NCBI GenBank assembly: GCA_964016885.1
Contig: OZ024759.1
Location: 4,464,001 to 4,528,000, forward strand
Direction: 5' to 3'
DNA: 64,000 bases
Source: Eledone cirrhosa
Taxonomy: Eukaryota
Part shown: in pieces, positions 38,501 through 50,811 of the stretch
Layout: each line of letters starts with the position of its first letter
How positions within the stretch are numbered: position 1 is the stretch's first letter
Made by a program: the position numbers and the translations under genes
The notes under the pieces: generated by a model
What the model saw: only the letters and a program-made list of their open reading frames with translations
The model's database searches: none
What the model was told of the DNA's origin: nothing

Positions 38501-41383
38501 TGATCCGGGTTCAAAGCATGTTCCCTATTATGCTTGAACCACTCAGTCAATTCCGTCTTAGGAGGTGGTGCGTTAGCAATTCTTTCGATACCTCTTCTAG
38601 TGTCCTTAAAACAGACCATTTGCCTATTCTCTAAGTGAACCGTCAGTTTCTGAACGCTGGGTTTGCGTTCAATGAGATCAAAATCGAACAATCTCCAGCA
38701 AGCTTCGCTAGATCCAATCGAGCGAACATCCTGGAACCTGCCAACTTCATCTCCTTGGTTCACTTCCTCATTCCTGACATTCATCATTGCCCCATCATGA
38801 CCTTTGTAAACATACTTGAATAGATATTTGCAAGCTTTCACTGAGCTACAAATTTCCACATTAATATGACAACGATATTTCATAATCAAATATGGATTGT
38901 ATGGCACAACCCATTGATTTGTAACCTGTCGACCGTTTACATTTTCGACCAAACCGCCATCGGCAGGCGACCGTCTTCTGTATGAGGGATGAGCATCCCC
39001 ATCATTCCAGGAAGTGTTCGTGACAAAAGATTTCGGAAAGTGCTTACTGCATTGGCCATTTTTCATGCAAGGCGCTTTCCGATTTGCCACTCCGCATTGG
39101 TTGTGCACCATTGACTTTGCCACCAAGTTGCATAGTGCCTCATTCTCCGGCAGTTCAGCACACACAATGCTGTCGACATCCTCAGCACATCACAATTTGC
39201 AATCTCTATGTAAAATGAGCAGCAAATGTGCATGTGGCAATCCTCTTTTTTGGAATTCAATTACGTATGTAAAAGCAACTATACCTCCAAAGATTCCCTC
39301 TTTTTCCACATCATCCATTATTTTTTTCAGATATCCTTTGAATACTCTTGCCACAATATCAGGACGGTCCTTTGGCTGTTGTCCTGGCAAAAGTGCATCC
39401 TTAATATCAGTCCATTCAGGATTGCATGTAACTGTTATAAACAAATCTGGCTTTCCAAACTTTCTGACAATAGCCATTGCATCCTGATAGCGAATGTTCA
39501 TATATCTCGGGCCGCCGATGAACGACGATGGCAAAATGATGCGTCGACCAATTTGCTTGTAATTGGCATCATCGGCTGTTATCGCATCCTGTATATTATT
39601 ATACAATTCAGCTCTGATATGTTGCTGATGTGTAGCTATATAATTTACCCTTTGATTTTCGATCTTTGCGTATGCCATACAACAGTATTCCTGGAACAAT
39701 CTGCTGGCTTGAAATAGCGCATTTCTCTGTTGATTCCTCTCGTTCAAATGGAACGCGTAAAAGTCGCAAATCGAATTATTGTGTCTATTGCCACCTCCCT
39801 GTTGATGCTGATTCTCATGATCATCTAAATGAACAGACATGCTCCATCCATTTTCACCTTTTGGGAATAAAAGAACATAATGCAATGGATGGTATGTCCT
39901 ATTTGACTCATTGATAGTGTTGAGACCACCATCTCTGCGATTGAGGGCGATATCTCTCGATCCAGGCTTATCGTCCATCAACACAGCAACTTCACGAAAT
40001 CCTTCAGGGGCATTATATCGCCGTTCGTGTTGATTCCTTGGCACTGCGTCAGCCTTAATCATCAATGTTTGTTGCTGAACATTTTGCAGTTCAGCCACCA
40101 ACATGAAATCCATAACATAAGGATTACACTGTCTAAGCCATGATTGCAAATCATGGATCAAATCACTTAACCTTTGCCGTTCAAGTTCAGTTATATTTCC
40201 CGGCAACTTCATCCAACCGATCCTGATATCCTCCTCCGATTCACTATAATCTGGATCGTTAACGTAAATTTGAGCGAATCAAGGCCTCTCTCCTGGGGTA
40301 ACTTCTAAATTACCGATACAATGATACAAACGGCATTGAATGACGACATTCGGTTGCCATGCTCCACTCTCAAACATCTAACTCTCTGCGATGCTAAAGC
40401 TAATAAATTGTTAATTTGCCGCGAATATTTGCGCAGTAATCTACCTCGGTCTCATTGATCACCCCACATACTTAGTATTTTAAACTCCGGTGACTCCCCA
40501 TCATCCGGCATTCGCAAGGGTTCTAGTTGAACTGCTCCTTTGTGACAGCACATTGTGGTCCACGTCTTTTCGTGCCACCAAAGCAATGCTCCACAATGTG
40601 GAGACTCTGCTCGTCCACCAATCTGACAGTGACACGGTTGCCATGATCCATTTTTAATATCATTCGTTCGCCTTCTAGCCTCTTTACTGGAATGAGGAGC
40701 ACTTTGCGACACATTCCCTGAACTTCTGTATTGCGCTGGCGCTGTTCAGCCAGCTCCTCTTCATCCATCGGAGCACGCCATTGCTGCTGAATTCTGGCCA
40801 CCTGCTGATGATGCTCAGCCAGTTCGTTTTTCAACCATCGCAGCACTCCGTCGCCGCTGTAGTTCACTGTTTGATAAAGTCGAATTGCTTTTCTTATCAG
40901 TATTCATTTGGAGCAATTGTAAAAAAAAATGACACAATAATAAATATAAAAGATGTCCGTCAATGTAAAGAAATGTCCCTATTTACTCCCTTCACAACTC
41001 TGTGTATGACAGACAGGCACACAGACAGATAAACTGCGCGGCGATTGTGGAACGTCACACGCATACACGCATGGAAACGCGCACACGCACGCAAACTTAC
41101 ACACGCACACACTCACACATGTTGATAGTTTTTACTTTCTGTGGAACACTGCACGCACGCACACACACATAAACATACGCGCACATACATACACACGCAT
41201 ACATGTTAATAGTTATTGAACACAGTGTTCACACTCTCCCCTCTCACTCCCTCATTGGCATTATGCATATTAATTTCAGTTTGGCGTCGTTGGGGTGGGC
41301 GGAGTCCTTTGAAACCTATGAACCAATGATAATCGAGAATTGTGACACACGGAATACTGACGTTCTTCAAATTAATAAATAGA
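35545..41383 (-). mobile_element. Full-length Helitron (Rep plus PIF1 helicase), ORF broken by frameshifts and stops
   Basis: 5' A|TCTATTTATTAAT at 41383; 3' hairpin acccgggcgaagctgggt plus CTAG|T at 35545; PDLFITVTCNP, EFQKRGLPHAH, KYLFKYVYKG, PGGTGKT, WDEAPM, GDFRQVLP, NKAQGQT. Confidence 0.95.
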
Positions 41384-42164
41384 TATATATATATCATCAT
41401 CATCATCATCATCATCATTTTACGTCCGCTTTTCTCTGCTTGCAAGCCATGTGCCTCTTCCTATATATACATATATACTATATACATATACACACATATA
41501 CATATATATATGTATATATATATATACGTAATTAATACATGCATACATTTATTTTTTTTAAATTAATTGAGTTCTTAACACGCAGGATTAAAATTGTTTT
41601 TAAAAAAACTAATTAACCCACGTGTATATTATTTTACTTTCTTGTGTTTCGCGATTGCCTCCCTTTTCCGCTTCGTGACGCTGTGAAATTCCTCAGTCTA
41701 GGACTGCTGGAATTTCAAATTTGGCGGTCATTATGATGCGTGAAGGGACGACTTAGCTGACACAAAAAATAACTGCAGTAAGAAATGTTTTCTTATATCA
41801 ATGTTTGAAGGGCATCCACTGATGATTTATAAGTGCCCACCTGCATATGTTCTTACAGAAAAATATGTAGGCTTCTACATAAACCGGAAACATTCTCCCA
41901 ACTTGTAGAAAACTTATAATGAAACAATTGTTTGGAAAGAGAGATATATTTTAATTTTAATTATATCTCATATAAAATAATACAACTGGCTTTCCACAAA
42001 ATACATATAGTTAGCACCCCAAACACAAAATTGGGATTATACTAAGGTATATCCTAATGTTTGTTGAGTGAGATGGTAGTCAGTCAGAGTTTAGCTTAAA
42101 GCTTTCTCTGTTATTGTATTAAATATATGTATATATATATATATATATGTATCTATATATATCA

Positions 42165-45140
42165 CCTTGACCGACCAGTCTGTCGGGCGTCCATTCGACG
42201 CCGCTGGTCACAGCACGCCGTCCATTCCTCTCCGTATTGTGCTTTCCTCATCCATGTAGTCCCAATCATATTCCTAAAATTATCTGCCACCTTCATGGAG
42301 GCCTTCCGAGTGGTCGCTTCCACTCGCACGGGTACCACTCCGCAACTGCGCAGGTCCAGTGATTATCGGTGAACCGGGCGACGTGTCCAGCCCATCTGAA
42401 CTTGCTGCGTATATATTGCGCGATGACGTCCCTCACACCGGACTTCTGTCTAATGACTTCGCTCCTGATGTGCTCTCTCAACAAGATTCCTAGCATTGAT
42501 CTCTCCATGGCTCTTTGAGCCGTTACCAGCCTCTGCTCTTCTCTCTTCGTTGTAGCCCAAGATTCACTGCCATATAACATTGCAGGTAAAACTGTGCTAT
42601 TGAAGGGGTTGGCGTGGGTGGTCTTGTCCAACCTCCCCTTGAGCACATCCCTTATGCCGCTGAACGCCTTCCATCCCTTACTCTCTGCGAGATCAGCCTC
42701 TCAATGTATTGGCGCATGTTCACTTCTTGTCCTAGGTAGACGTATTCCTCCACCTCCTCTATTTCATCACCACCAACCACCATTCGACCTGTTGGTACGT
42801 TGTCGGACCGCATGAAGTTCGTTTTCATGCTGTTCATCTTGAGGCCTACTGCAGAGCTTTTGATGTCGAGCTCCGTCAGCATGGTCTGAAGCCGATCCGT
42901 GGTTTCAGCGATGAGTACGATGTCATCAGCGAAACGGAGGTGGGTAAGTATCTCCCCATTGATGGTGACACCGCCTTGCCAGTCAATGCCTCTGATGATC
43001 TGCTCGAGACACGCGGTGAAAACTTTTGGAGAGATCGTATCTCCTTGCTTCACTCCCTTCTCGACCGGCACTCGTACGGGTGATGACAGCAGAGCTGTGT
43101 CGGTGGTGCATCCGGAATTCGCCTCCTTGAGCAGTTGAACGTATTCTGCCTCGACTCCTTGCCTCTGCAGCGAGTTCAGCACTGCGTTGATTTCGACGCT
43201 GTCGAAGGCCTTCTTGTAGTCTACGAACGCGACGCAAAGAGGCATCTTGTACTCTTTTGCTTGCTCAAGCAGTTGTGTCAGAGTAAATATGTGGTCCATC
43301 GTGCTGTAGTTCTTCCGGAAGCCGGCTTGCTCTTTCGGTTGCGGTTCGTCCAGATGATGTGATAACCTGTTCAGGATTATCTTCGCGAACAGCTTGTACA
43401 CGTGAGACAGCAGGAATATGGGTCAGTAGTTCTTCAGATCTTGTCTATCGCCCTTCTTTTATAGCAGGATGGTATTCGACTCTTTCCACTGCGAGGGTAT
43501 TCTTCCCTCGTCCAGATCGTGTGTGAATCGCTCGGCGAGGATTTTCCAGAGCTGTTCTCCGCCTGACTTCAACACCTCCGATGTTATTCCGTCTTTCCCT
43601 GGCGCCTTTCCGCTTTTCATTACACCGACGGCTCTTTCCACCTCACCGACAAGGATGGGTGGCACATTTTCTTCCTGTTGGAGTGACGGCAACGGCTGCA
43701 CATTCCCGGCAGACTTGAAGAGCTTGGTGTAGAAGTCTTCGTAAATCTTTTCCATCTCATTCTTGTCGCTGACCGGTACTCCAGCTGTGTTCTTCAGGGT
43801 CGTCACCTCCGATCTGTACATTGCCATGTCCGTCTCGCATTTCTTGAGGCTCTTCTTTTCCTCTGCGGCCTTCAGGAGCTTCCCCATCCGGTATGCCTCG
43901 AAGTCTCTCTTCAGTTGCCGTATCACTCTGCTGAGAAGGGAATATTCGAGGTGATTTTCAGGTGTCCTCTTCATAATCTTCCTCTTCTCAAGCAACTTCA
44001 TAGTTTCCTCCCAGACTCTTCCCTTCCGCTCCTTCGGGCACACTCCCTTAGCCTTCCTCAAGCACTCCTTCAGTTTCCTTATCAGTGAGTCGTAGTCAGC
44101 GTCTATGCCGTCTCCTTTACACCACTTTTCCTGCATGATGGCTTCCTGCTGCTGCGCCTCGTTGAAGACCCAGACGCGTTCTCCCTTCGACGCCAAATGC
44201 AGCGCCTTCTTCTCCCTCGTCCGATCGATGACGACCTTCGGCCTCACCAGACGATGATCACTGCCAGTGTTAAATGGCGTTATGACGGAGACGTCCTGCA
44301 GTATACGTCGCTTGTCGACCAGGATGTAGTCGATCTCGTTTCCGTGCTCAGAATTTAGCGATACCCAGGTCCATCTTTTCTCCTCCTTCTTCCTGAATAG
44401 GCTGTTTCCGATGTAGAGCCGTCTCATCTCCGCCATGGTGACCAGACACTCTCCTCTCTCATTTCGATCTCCTAGGCCGAATTTTCTTACATACTCTTCC
44501 CCTTGCCGTCCCTGTCCGACCTTTGCGTTGAAGTCCCCCATCACGACGGTGTAAGTGGACTTCACAGCTAGCACTTTGTCTAGCTGGCGATAGAATTCTT
44601 CCACTTCCTCGTCGTCGCTGGCACTTGTGGGAGCGTAGGTCTGGATGATCTTGAGGGTGGCCTTCCCTGAGAGGTTTATGTTCAGTACACCAATCCGTGA
44701 CGATATGAACTGGCAAGAAGTGACCTTCGAAGCCCATTCCTTGCTTACGATAAACCCTATACCAATCTGGCATCCTCTGCTTTCCCGAGTCTCACGGCGC
44801 ATCCATCTTGCCATCGGGAATTCGCCTCCTTCTTCTGGCGGGTCTTGCACAGCCCTAACACGTCCCACCTGATCTTCTTCTTCTCCTCCATTAGGTGGTT
44901 CAGTCCTTGCCCCCTGCCAAAGACCTGCAGTTGTATGTGCATATGGCAAGGTTAGTCCTGTTCCATGGCGGCCTTCGGGAACCTGCGATTCTTAGCAGCC
45001 TCTCGTCGCTCGGGTCGCACTCCGCCATCATGGAGCAGCCCGATTGACTCGCAGGGTACTGAGGCCCTTTTCTTCGTGCTGTTTTAACCATAAGATGACG
45101 CCATCCCATTGGCTGGGCGGGCAGGCCGGTACCTCTTCAG
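42165..45140 (-). mobile_element. RTE LINE of a second, GC-richer family (RTE-1-like), near full length with frameshifts
   Basis: CTYNCRSL, TYAPTS, MGDFNAK, EIDYIL, GSDHRLV; GVKQGDTISP, RFADDI; RWAGHVAR..RPLGRPP; sits in (TA)n. Confidence 0.95.
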
Positions 45141-45227
45141 TTTAGCTAGCTTTTGAACTCTAGAAGATGATGAATCATCTCTAGGACCCAATTCGGGTCA
45201 AACAAATAAAAAAAAATATATATATAC

Positions 45228-45264
<37 letters not shown>

Positions 45265-45266
45265 CA

Positions 45267-45404
45267 TATACTTGGGGAGGTTCATATTGTTGTAATAATA
45301 TTGCCAGAAATAATAACAGAACACACTCACTGTTTGGTTGGTTTTCGCTTCTGTATCTTTTATATCTCCATAGTTAATTTATTTGGCAATCAAAGAACTT
45401 TGTT

Positions 45405-45469
<65 letters not shown>

Positions 45470-45607
45470 CTGTATATTTAACCATTGGTCAATCAATGCC
45501 ACATAAATTAACTATGGAGATATAAAAGATACAGAAGCGAAAACCAACCAAACAGTGTTATTATTTCTGGCAATATTATTACAACAATATGAACCTCCCC
45601 AAGTATA
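45267..45607. repeat. Fold-back element, ~110-bp inverted arms around a (TA)n-containing spacer
   Basis: 45267-45381 is the reverse complement of 45503-45607 with a ~10-bp indel; (TA)n flanks. Confidence 0.85.
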
Positions 45608-45629
45608 ACAATATATATATATATATATA

Positions 45630-45737
<108 letters not shown>

Positions 45738-46528
45738 TATATATACACACATATATATATACACACACATATATATATACACACACACATATATATACAC
45801 ACACATATATATACACACACATATATATATACACACATATATATATATACATATATATATATACACATCATCATCATCATTCTACGTCCACTTTTCCCTG
45901 CTTGCAAGGGTGGGATGGGAACTGATCCTGGCTTGATTTCTACAGCTGGATGCCCTTCCTAACACCAACCTCATTTACAGTGAGTGCTGGGTGCTTTTTT
46001 TGCCGTGGCACCTCCACGACCACTTTACAGTGGAATGATAGGGACCCCAGTCCCTATCATCTCATTTCTACAGCTGAGTAAACTGGAGCAATGTGAAATA
46101 AAGTGTCTTGCTCAAGGAAACAACGCATCACGTGGTCTGAGAATTGAACTCACAACCTTTCGATTGCAAGGCCAATGCTCTAACTACTAAGCCATGTGCC
46201 TCCATTCATATATATATACATATATATACACACACATATATATCTAAGTCTAAAGTCTGTCTTAAGCCAGCAGGCTCATTTGGCCGGTGCTTATACCGGT
46301 TTCATGGCGTGAAGTGAGTGGGAGTACAAGACTACCCCCTGGACAGGATGCCAGTCCATCGCAGGGTTAAACCTCCAGCTATTGCTGGTACACATTTTCA
46401 GCTGAGTAAACTGGAGCAACGTGAAATAAAGTGTCTTTCTCAAGGAAACAACACATCACCCGGTCCAAGAATGGAACTCACACCTTTCGATTGAAAGCCT
46501 AATGCTCTAACCACTAAGCCATGTGCCT

Positions 46529-46612
<84 letters not shown>

Positions 46613-46831
46613 AGTATGTATGTATGTATACATACATACATATATGTATACAGACGTATAGTAGTATGTATATATATACATACATGCACACATATATATA
46701 TGTACGTATCAGTTTACCAAACATTTATTATAATGCTCGGTTTGTTTGTTTGTAAACAAACAAACAGCCCGAATTACGCCGTACAGTGTTTAGGCAACCA
46801 CGTCACCTTTTTGTTCAACACTGACACAGGA

Positions 46832-46874
46832 ATGATGTACTAGTTTCAAGCTTATTAGCTATCGTCAGCATTGT
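46832..46874 (-). ncRNA. Minimal type I hammerhead ribozyme motif
   Basis: acaatg-CTGACGA-tagct aata agctt-GAAA-ctag-TA-catcat; palindromic stem III ACTAGT. Confidence 0.75.
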
Positions 46875-47388
46875 ATACCTTCCTGCCAGATGGTTGAACG
46901 TCTGAAAGTATATACTTTCCTTATGCATATTAACGGCTGAGCAGCCTAATTTGCATATCGAGTGAGATCAGTCGGCTGGGCACACCGAAAACGATAAATG
47001 GAATAGAATGAAACGAAATTTCATTTCTCACTCTTAGTAAGGCACTTACTTAAATGTATGTATACGTACATACATATATGTATACAGACGTACAGTAGTA
47101 TGTATATATATATATACATACATGCACACATATATATATGCACGTATCGGTTTACCGAACATTTATTATAATGTTCGGTTTATTTGTTTGTAAACAAACA
47201 AACAGCCCGAATTACACCGTACAGTGTTTAGGCAACCACGTCACCTTCGTTTCATTCTATTCCATTTATCGTTTTCGGTGTGCCCGGCCGACTGAACTCA
47301 CTCAATATGCAAATTAGGCTGCTCAGCCATTAATATGCATAAGGAAAGTATATACTTTCAGATGTTCAACCATCTAGCAGGAAGGTAT

Positions 47389-47431
47389 ACGGTGCTGACG
47401 ATAGCTAATAAGCTTGAAATGAGTACATTGT
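47389..47431 (+). ncRNA. Minimal type I hammerhead ribozyme motif, inverted copy
   Basis: acggtg-CTGACGA(47395)-tagct aata agctt-GAAA-tgag-TA-cattgt; stem I pairs using G-U. Confidence 0.7.
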
Positions 47432-47642
47432 TCCTGTGACAGTGTTGAACAAAAACGTGACGTGGTTGCCTAAACATTGTACGGCGTAATTCGGGCTGTT
47501 TACAAACAAACAAACCGGACATTATAATAAATGTTCAGTAAACCGATACGTGCATATATATATGTGTGCATGTATGTATATATATACATACTACTGTACG
47601 TCTGTATACATATATGTATGTACGTATACATACATACATACT

Positions 47643-47703
<61 letters not shown>

Positions 47704-47868
47704 GTATATACATATATATATATATACACACACACACACAATTATATAGAACAATAAAACATGGCACTAGATGTTCAACCCAAGACCTTATGATTGAGAA
47801 CAGCACACCTGTAACCTCTAAGCTATATATCTTCACACAGACTTTCTGATAAAGACAGAAGTACCCAC

Positions 47869-48006
47869 CTGACTGACAGTTGTCTCCCCTGAAACCAGCT
47901 GCACATCCAACACTAGAACACACCCCAGATTTAATGTTGCAATGATCGTTGTCAGCACAGTAGCACAAATACTGACAGTTCAAGCCAAAATAACCCTTTT
48001 TACATT
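47869..48006 (-). CDS. Host gene exon, EGF-like repeat (ECKKGYFGLNCQYLCYCADNDHCNIKSGVCSSVGCAAGFRGDNCQS)
   Basis: Poly-T tract plus cag acceptor, donor gtgggt; 138 bp, phase 1-1. Confidence 0.92.
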
Positions 48007-48129
48007 CTGAAAAAAAAAAAAAAAGAAAATAGAATTATATACACAACATATATATAAAATTATACACAATAACACATATATACAATTATACACAGCTATA
48101 ACATACATATACACAATTATACATAACTA

Positions 48130-48490
48130 TAATGCCAATGTGCGTGAATGACCAAGCATAGACGAGTTGAGAAAGAAACTGGGTATAAGAGGGATAAGTT
48201 GTGGTGTGTAGGAGAGAAGGCTGAGCTGAGATGGTATGGACATGTGATGCGCATGGAGGATGACCGCTGGGTAAAGAAGTGCCAAGAAATCCCAGTAGAA
48301 GGAAGACGCAGTAGAGGTAGACCATGAAAAACATGGGCGGAGGTGGTGAGAGAAGACCTCAAATTGCTGAAACTCACGGAGGAGATGACAAGGGACCGTG
48401 ACGAATGAAGAGATGCCATGCTTAATAAGACCTGTCCCACCCTTGCAAGCAGGGAAAAGCGGACGTAAAATGATGATGATGATGATAATA
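48130..48490 (+). mobile_element. RTE LINE 3' fragment (others at ~1300-1550, 2510-2615, 20765-21075, 26960-27340, 41395-41445, 45867-46035)
   Basis: LRWYGHVMR-like translation and/or the cccatgctagc..ggacgt.aaa(cga)tgatgat tail. Confidence 0.75.
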
Positions 48491-48965
48491 ATAAAATTAT
48501 TGTGTACAGTGCTCAGGTGCACTACAACTCATCAATGGTGAATGTATAGTACATTAGTGAACAGACAGTGAACAGTGTATGAGTCATGAGATACACACAG
48601 ACACATGCATGCGTGTGTATGGAGGGGGAATATCAGGTGTAGTGTTGGCGCAAAAAAAAAATAAAAGGAAATGCTTACAGCACCTAGGTTTCTCAAGTGG
48701 TTTCCCATCTAAGTACTAACTAGGCTCGAGTCAAGATATATGTGTGTGTGTGTATGTATGTATGGAGGGGGAATATCAGGTGCAGGGTTGGCGAATTTCA
48801 GGCAACATGGAGGTTTTAAAGGATGCAGTGTCCCGGCAGCTAACAACTGATGCAGGTAGTTTGTTCCATGCTTCAGTGAATTTCAGGAAGCATGGAGGTT
48901 TTAAAGGATGCAGTGTCCTGGCAGCACACAACTGATGCGGGTAGTTTGTTCCATACTTCAGCAAA
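48490..48965 (-). mobile_element. CR1/L2-type LINE 3' end (second copy ~61220-61412)
   Basis: WNKLPASVVSCRDTASFK C-terminal motif; short-repeat tail reading (taa)n on the plus strand; shared 3' UTR. Confidence 0.7.
48670..48730 (-). pseudogene. 5S rRNA 3'-half fragment (pseudogene or SINE3-like piece)
   Basis: Minus strand reads gagcctagttagtacttagatgggaaaccacttgagaaacctaggtgctgtaagcattt, which resembles the metazoan 5S box C region and 3' end, followed by a T-rich tail. Confidence 0.8.
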
Positions 48966-49529
48966 TTTTTATATATATTGATTGACCAACATTTAAAAAA
49001 TATAAATATAAATATAGTTTCTCAGAGTTTTTTCATCACATATCTGTGACATCATCAGTGATATTTCTATGCTTGTCATATTCCTGTGATGTTTTCTTAT
49101 TCTATTTTATTTATTTGCAGTAGTTCCAACGTAAAAGACTTTCATAATAGTTGATCACTATAAATAACAGTTAGGAAAACCAGATAAAGTACATGTGGAG
49201 ATAGAAAGAAGTAGACGGAGGGTCCTGTAAGGAACAGGTGCAAGTTTGCTTCCTTGCAAATACTTCTGTCTACATCTACCTTTCTCCTGAGATACTTTAC
49301 TACCCACATTAACCTGTCACCTGTGGTCCATTACTGTCTACCAGGAATAATAATTGTTTCTACTTTAGGCACAAGGTCAGAAATTATCCAAGTGTATTAC
49401 TGGTACTTTATTTTATCGACCCCGTAAGGATGAAAGGCAAAGTTAACTTCGGTGGGATTTGAACTCAGATTGTAAAGGGACATAACTATGCTGGAAAGCA
49501 CGGCATCCGACTCTCTACCGATACTGCCA

Positions 49530-50428
49530 TAATACAGTTATACTAGTTAGAAGTAGAAATAAAAGACTATTAAACATATGTAGTCATTAATAATATAGTT
49601 ATACTAGTTAGTAGTAAAAGTAAAAGAGTAATACACCTATGTAGCCATTAATAATATAGTTATACTAGTTAGTAGTAAAAGTAAAAGAGTAATAAACCTA
49701 TGTAGTCATTAATAATATAGTTATACTAGTTAGTAGTAAAAGTAAAAGAGTAATAAACCTATGTAGTCATTAATAATATAGTTATACTAGTTAGTAGTAA
49801 AAGTAAAAGAGTATTAAACATATGTAGTCATTAATAATATAGTTATACTAGTTAGTAGTAAAAGTGAAAGAGTAATACACCTAAGTAGTCATTAATAATA
49901 TAGTTATACTAGTTAGTAGTAAAAGTAAAAGAGTAATAAACCTATGTAGTCATTAATAATATAGTTATACTAGTTAGTAGTAAAAGTAATAGAGTAATAA
50001 ACCTATGTAGTCATTAATAATATAGTTATACTAGTTAGTAGTAAAAGTAAAAGAGTATTAAACATATGTAGTCATTAATAATATAGTTATACTAGTTAGT
50101 AGTAAAAGTGAAAGAGTAATACACCTATGTAGTCATTAATAATTTAGTTATACTAGTTAGTAGTAAAAGTGAAAGAGTAATACACCTATGTAGCCATTAA
50201 TAATATAGTTATACTAGTTAGTAGTAAAAGTAAAAGAGTAATAAACCTATGTAGACATTAATAATATAGTTATACTAGTTAGTAGTAAACGTAAAAGAGT
50301 AATAAACATATGTAGACATTAATAATATAGTTATACTAGTTAGTAGTAAAAGTAAAAGAGTAATAAACATATGTAGACATTAATAATATAGTTATACTAG
50401 TTAGTAGTAAACGTAAAAGAGTATTAAA
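49530..50428. repeat. AT-rich 61-bp minisatellite, ~14.5 copies, abutting a splice donor
   Basis: taatatagttatactagttagtagtaaaagtaaaagagtaataaacctatgtagtcattaa. Confidence 0.95.
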
Positions 50429-50433
50429 CCAAC

Positions 50434-50571
50434 CAGTTTGACAATCAGTTCCTATATAGCCTGGTTCACAGTTGCCCTCTTCACAAACACCATTGGTTCT
50501 GTTGCAGTATTTACTTTCTTCACAATGACAAACCTTTTGACAGTTAGACCCAAAAGTATTGCTTGGACAGA
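50434..50571 (-). CDS. Host gene exon, EGF-like repeat (VCPSNTFGSNCQKVCHCEESKYCNRTNGVCEEGNCEPGYIGTDCQT)
   Basis: Acceptor ttcatccag, donor gttggt; 138 bp, phase 1-1; translated by hand. Confidence 0.9.
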
Positions 50572-50811
50572 CTGGATGAAATAAAGGATCAAACAGAAAT
50601 TTAGTAAATTTAACCCTTTAGCATTTACATTACTTTATATATATATACTATTGTATTTTTACAGTAAACACTTTATCACATATTATGGAGTCTAGGAGAT
50701 TTTGATGATGATATTATTTATTTTGAGAAGAATACCTTAATGTCAGTATTGGTGACCGGTTATTGAAAGAAGTCAATATATAACCCTTTAGCATTTACAT
50801 TACTCATAGAC

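Larger units (their letters stand above)
46610..47648. mobile_element. Non-coding hammerhead-containing retroelement (retrozyme/Penelope pLTR-like): about 1.4 tandem copies of a ~445-bp unit plus an inverted ~400-bp copy
   Basis: 46610-46807 recurs at 47056-47245; 47246-47648 is the reverse complement of 46610-47017; flanked by (TA)n; related fragment at ~6465-6600. Confidence 0.75.

Noticed and set aside
42992-43025. CTGATGA...GAAA inside the RTE
   Set aside because: It is the antisense of RT coding sequence and has no stems I or III.
49025-49068. Minus-strand CTGATGA-hairpin-GAAA hammerhead-like core
   Set aside because: No stem III/UH site and no stem I partner follow, so it is likely chance.
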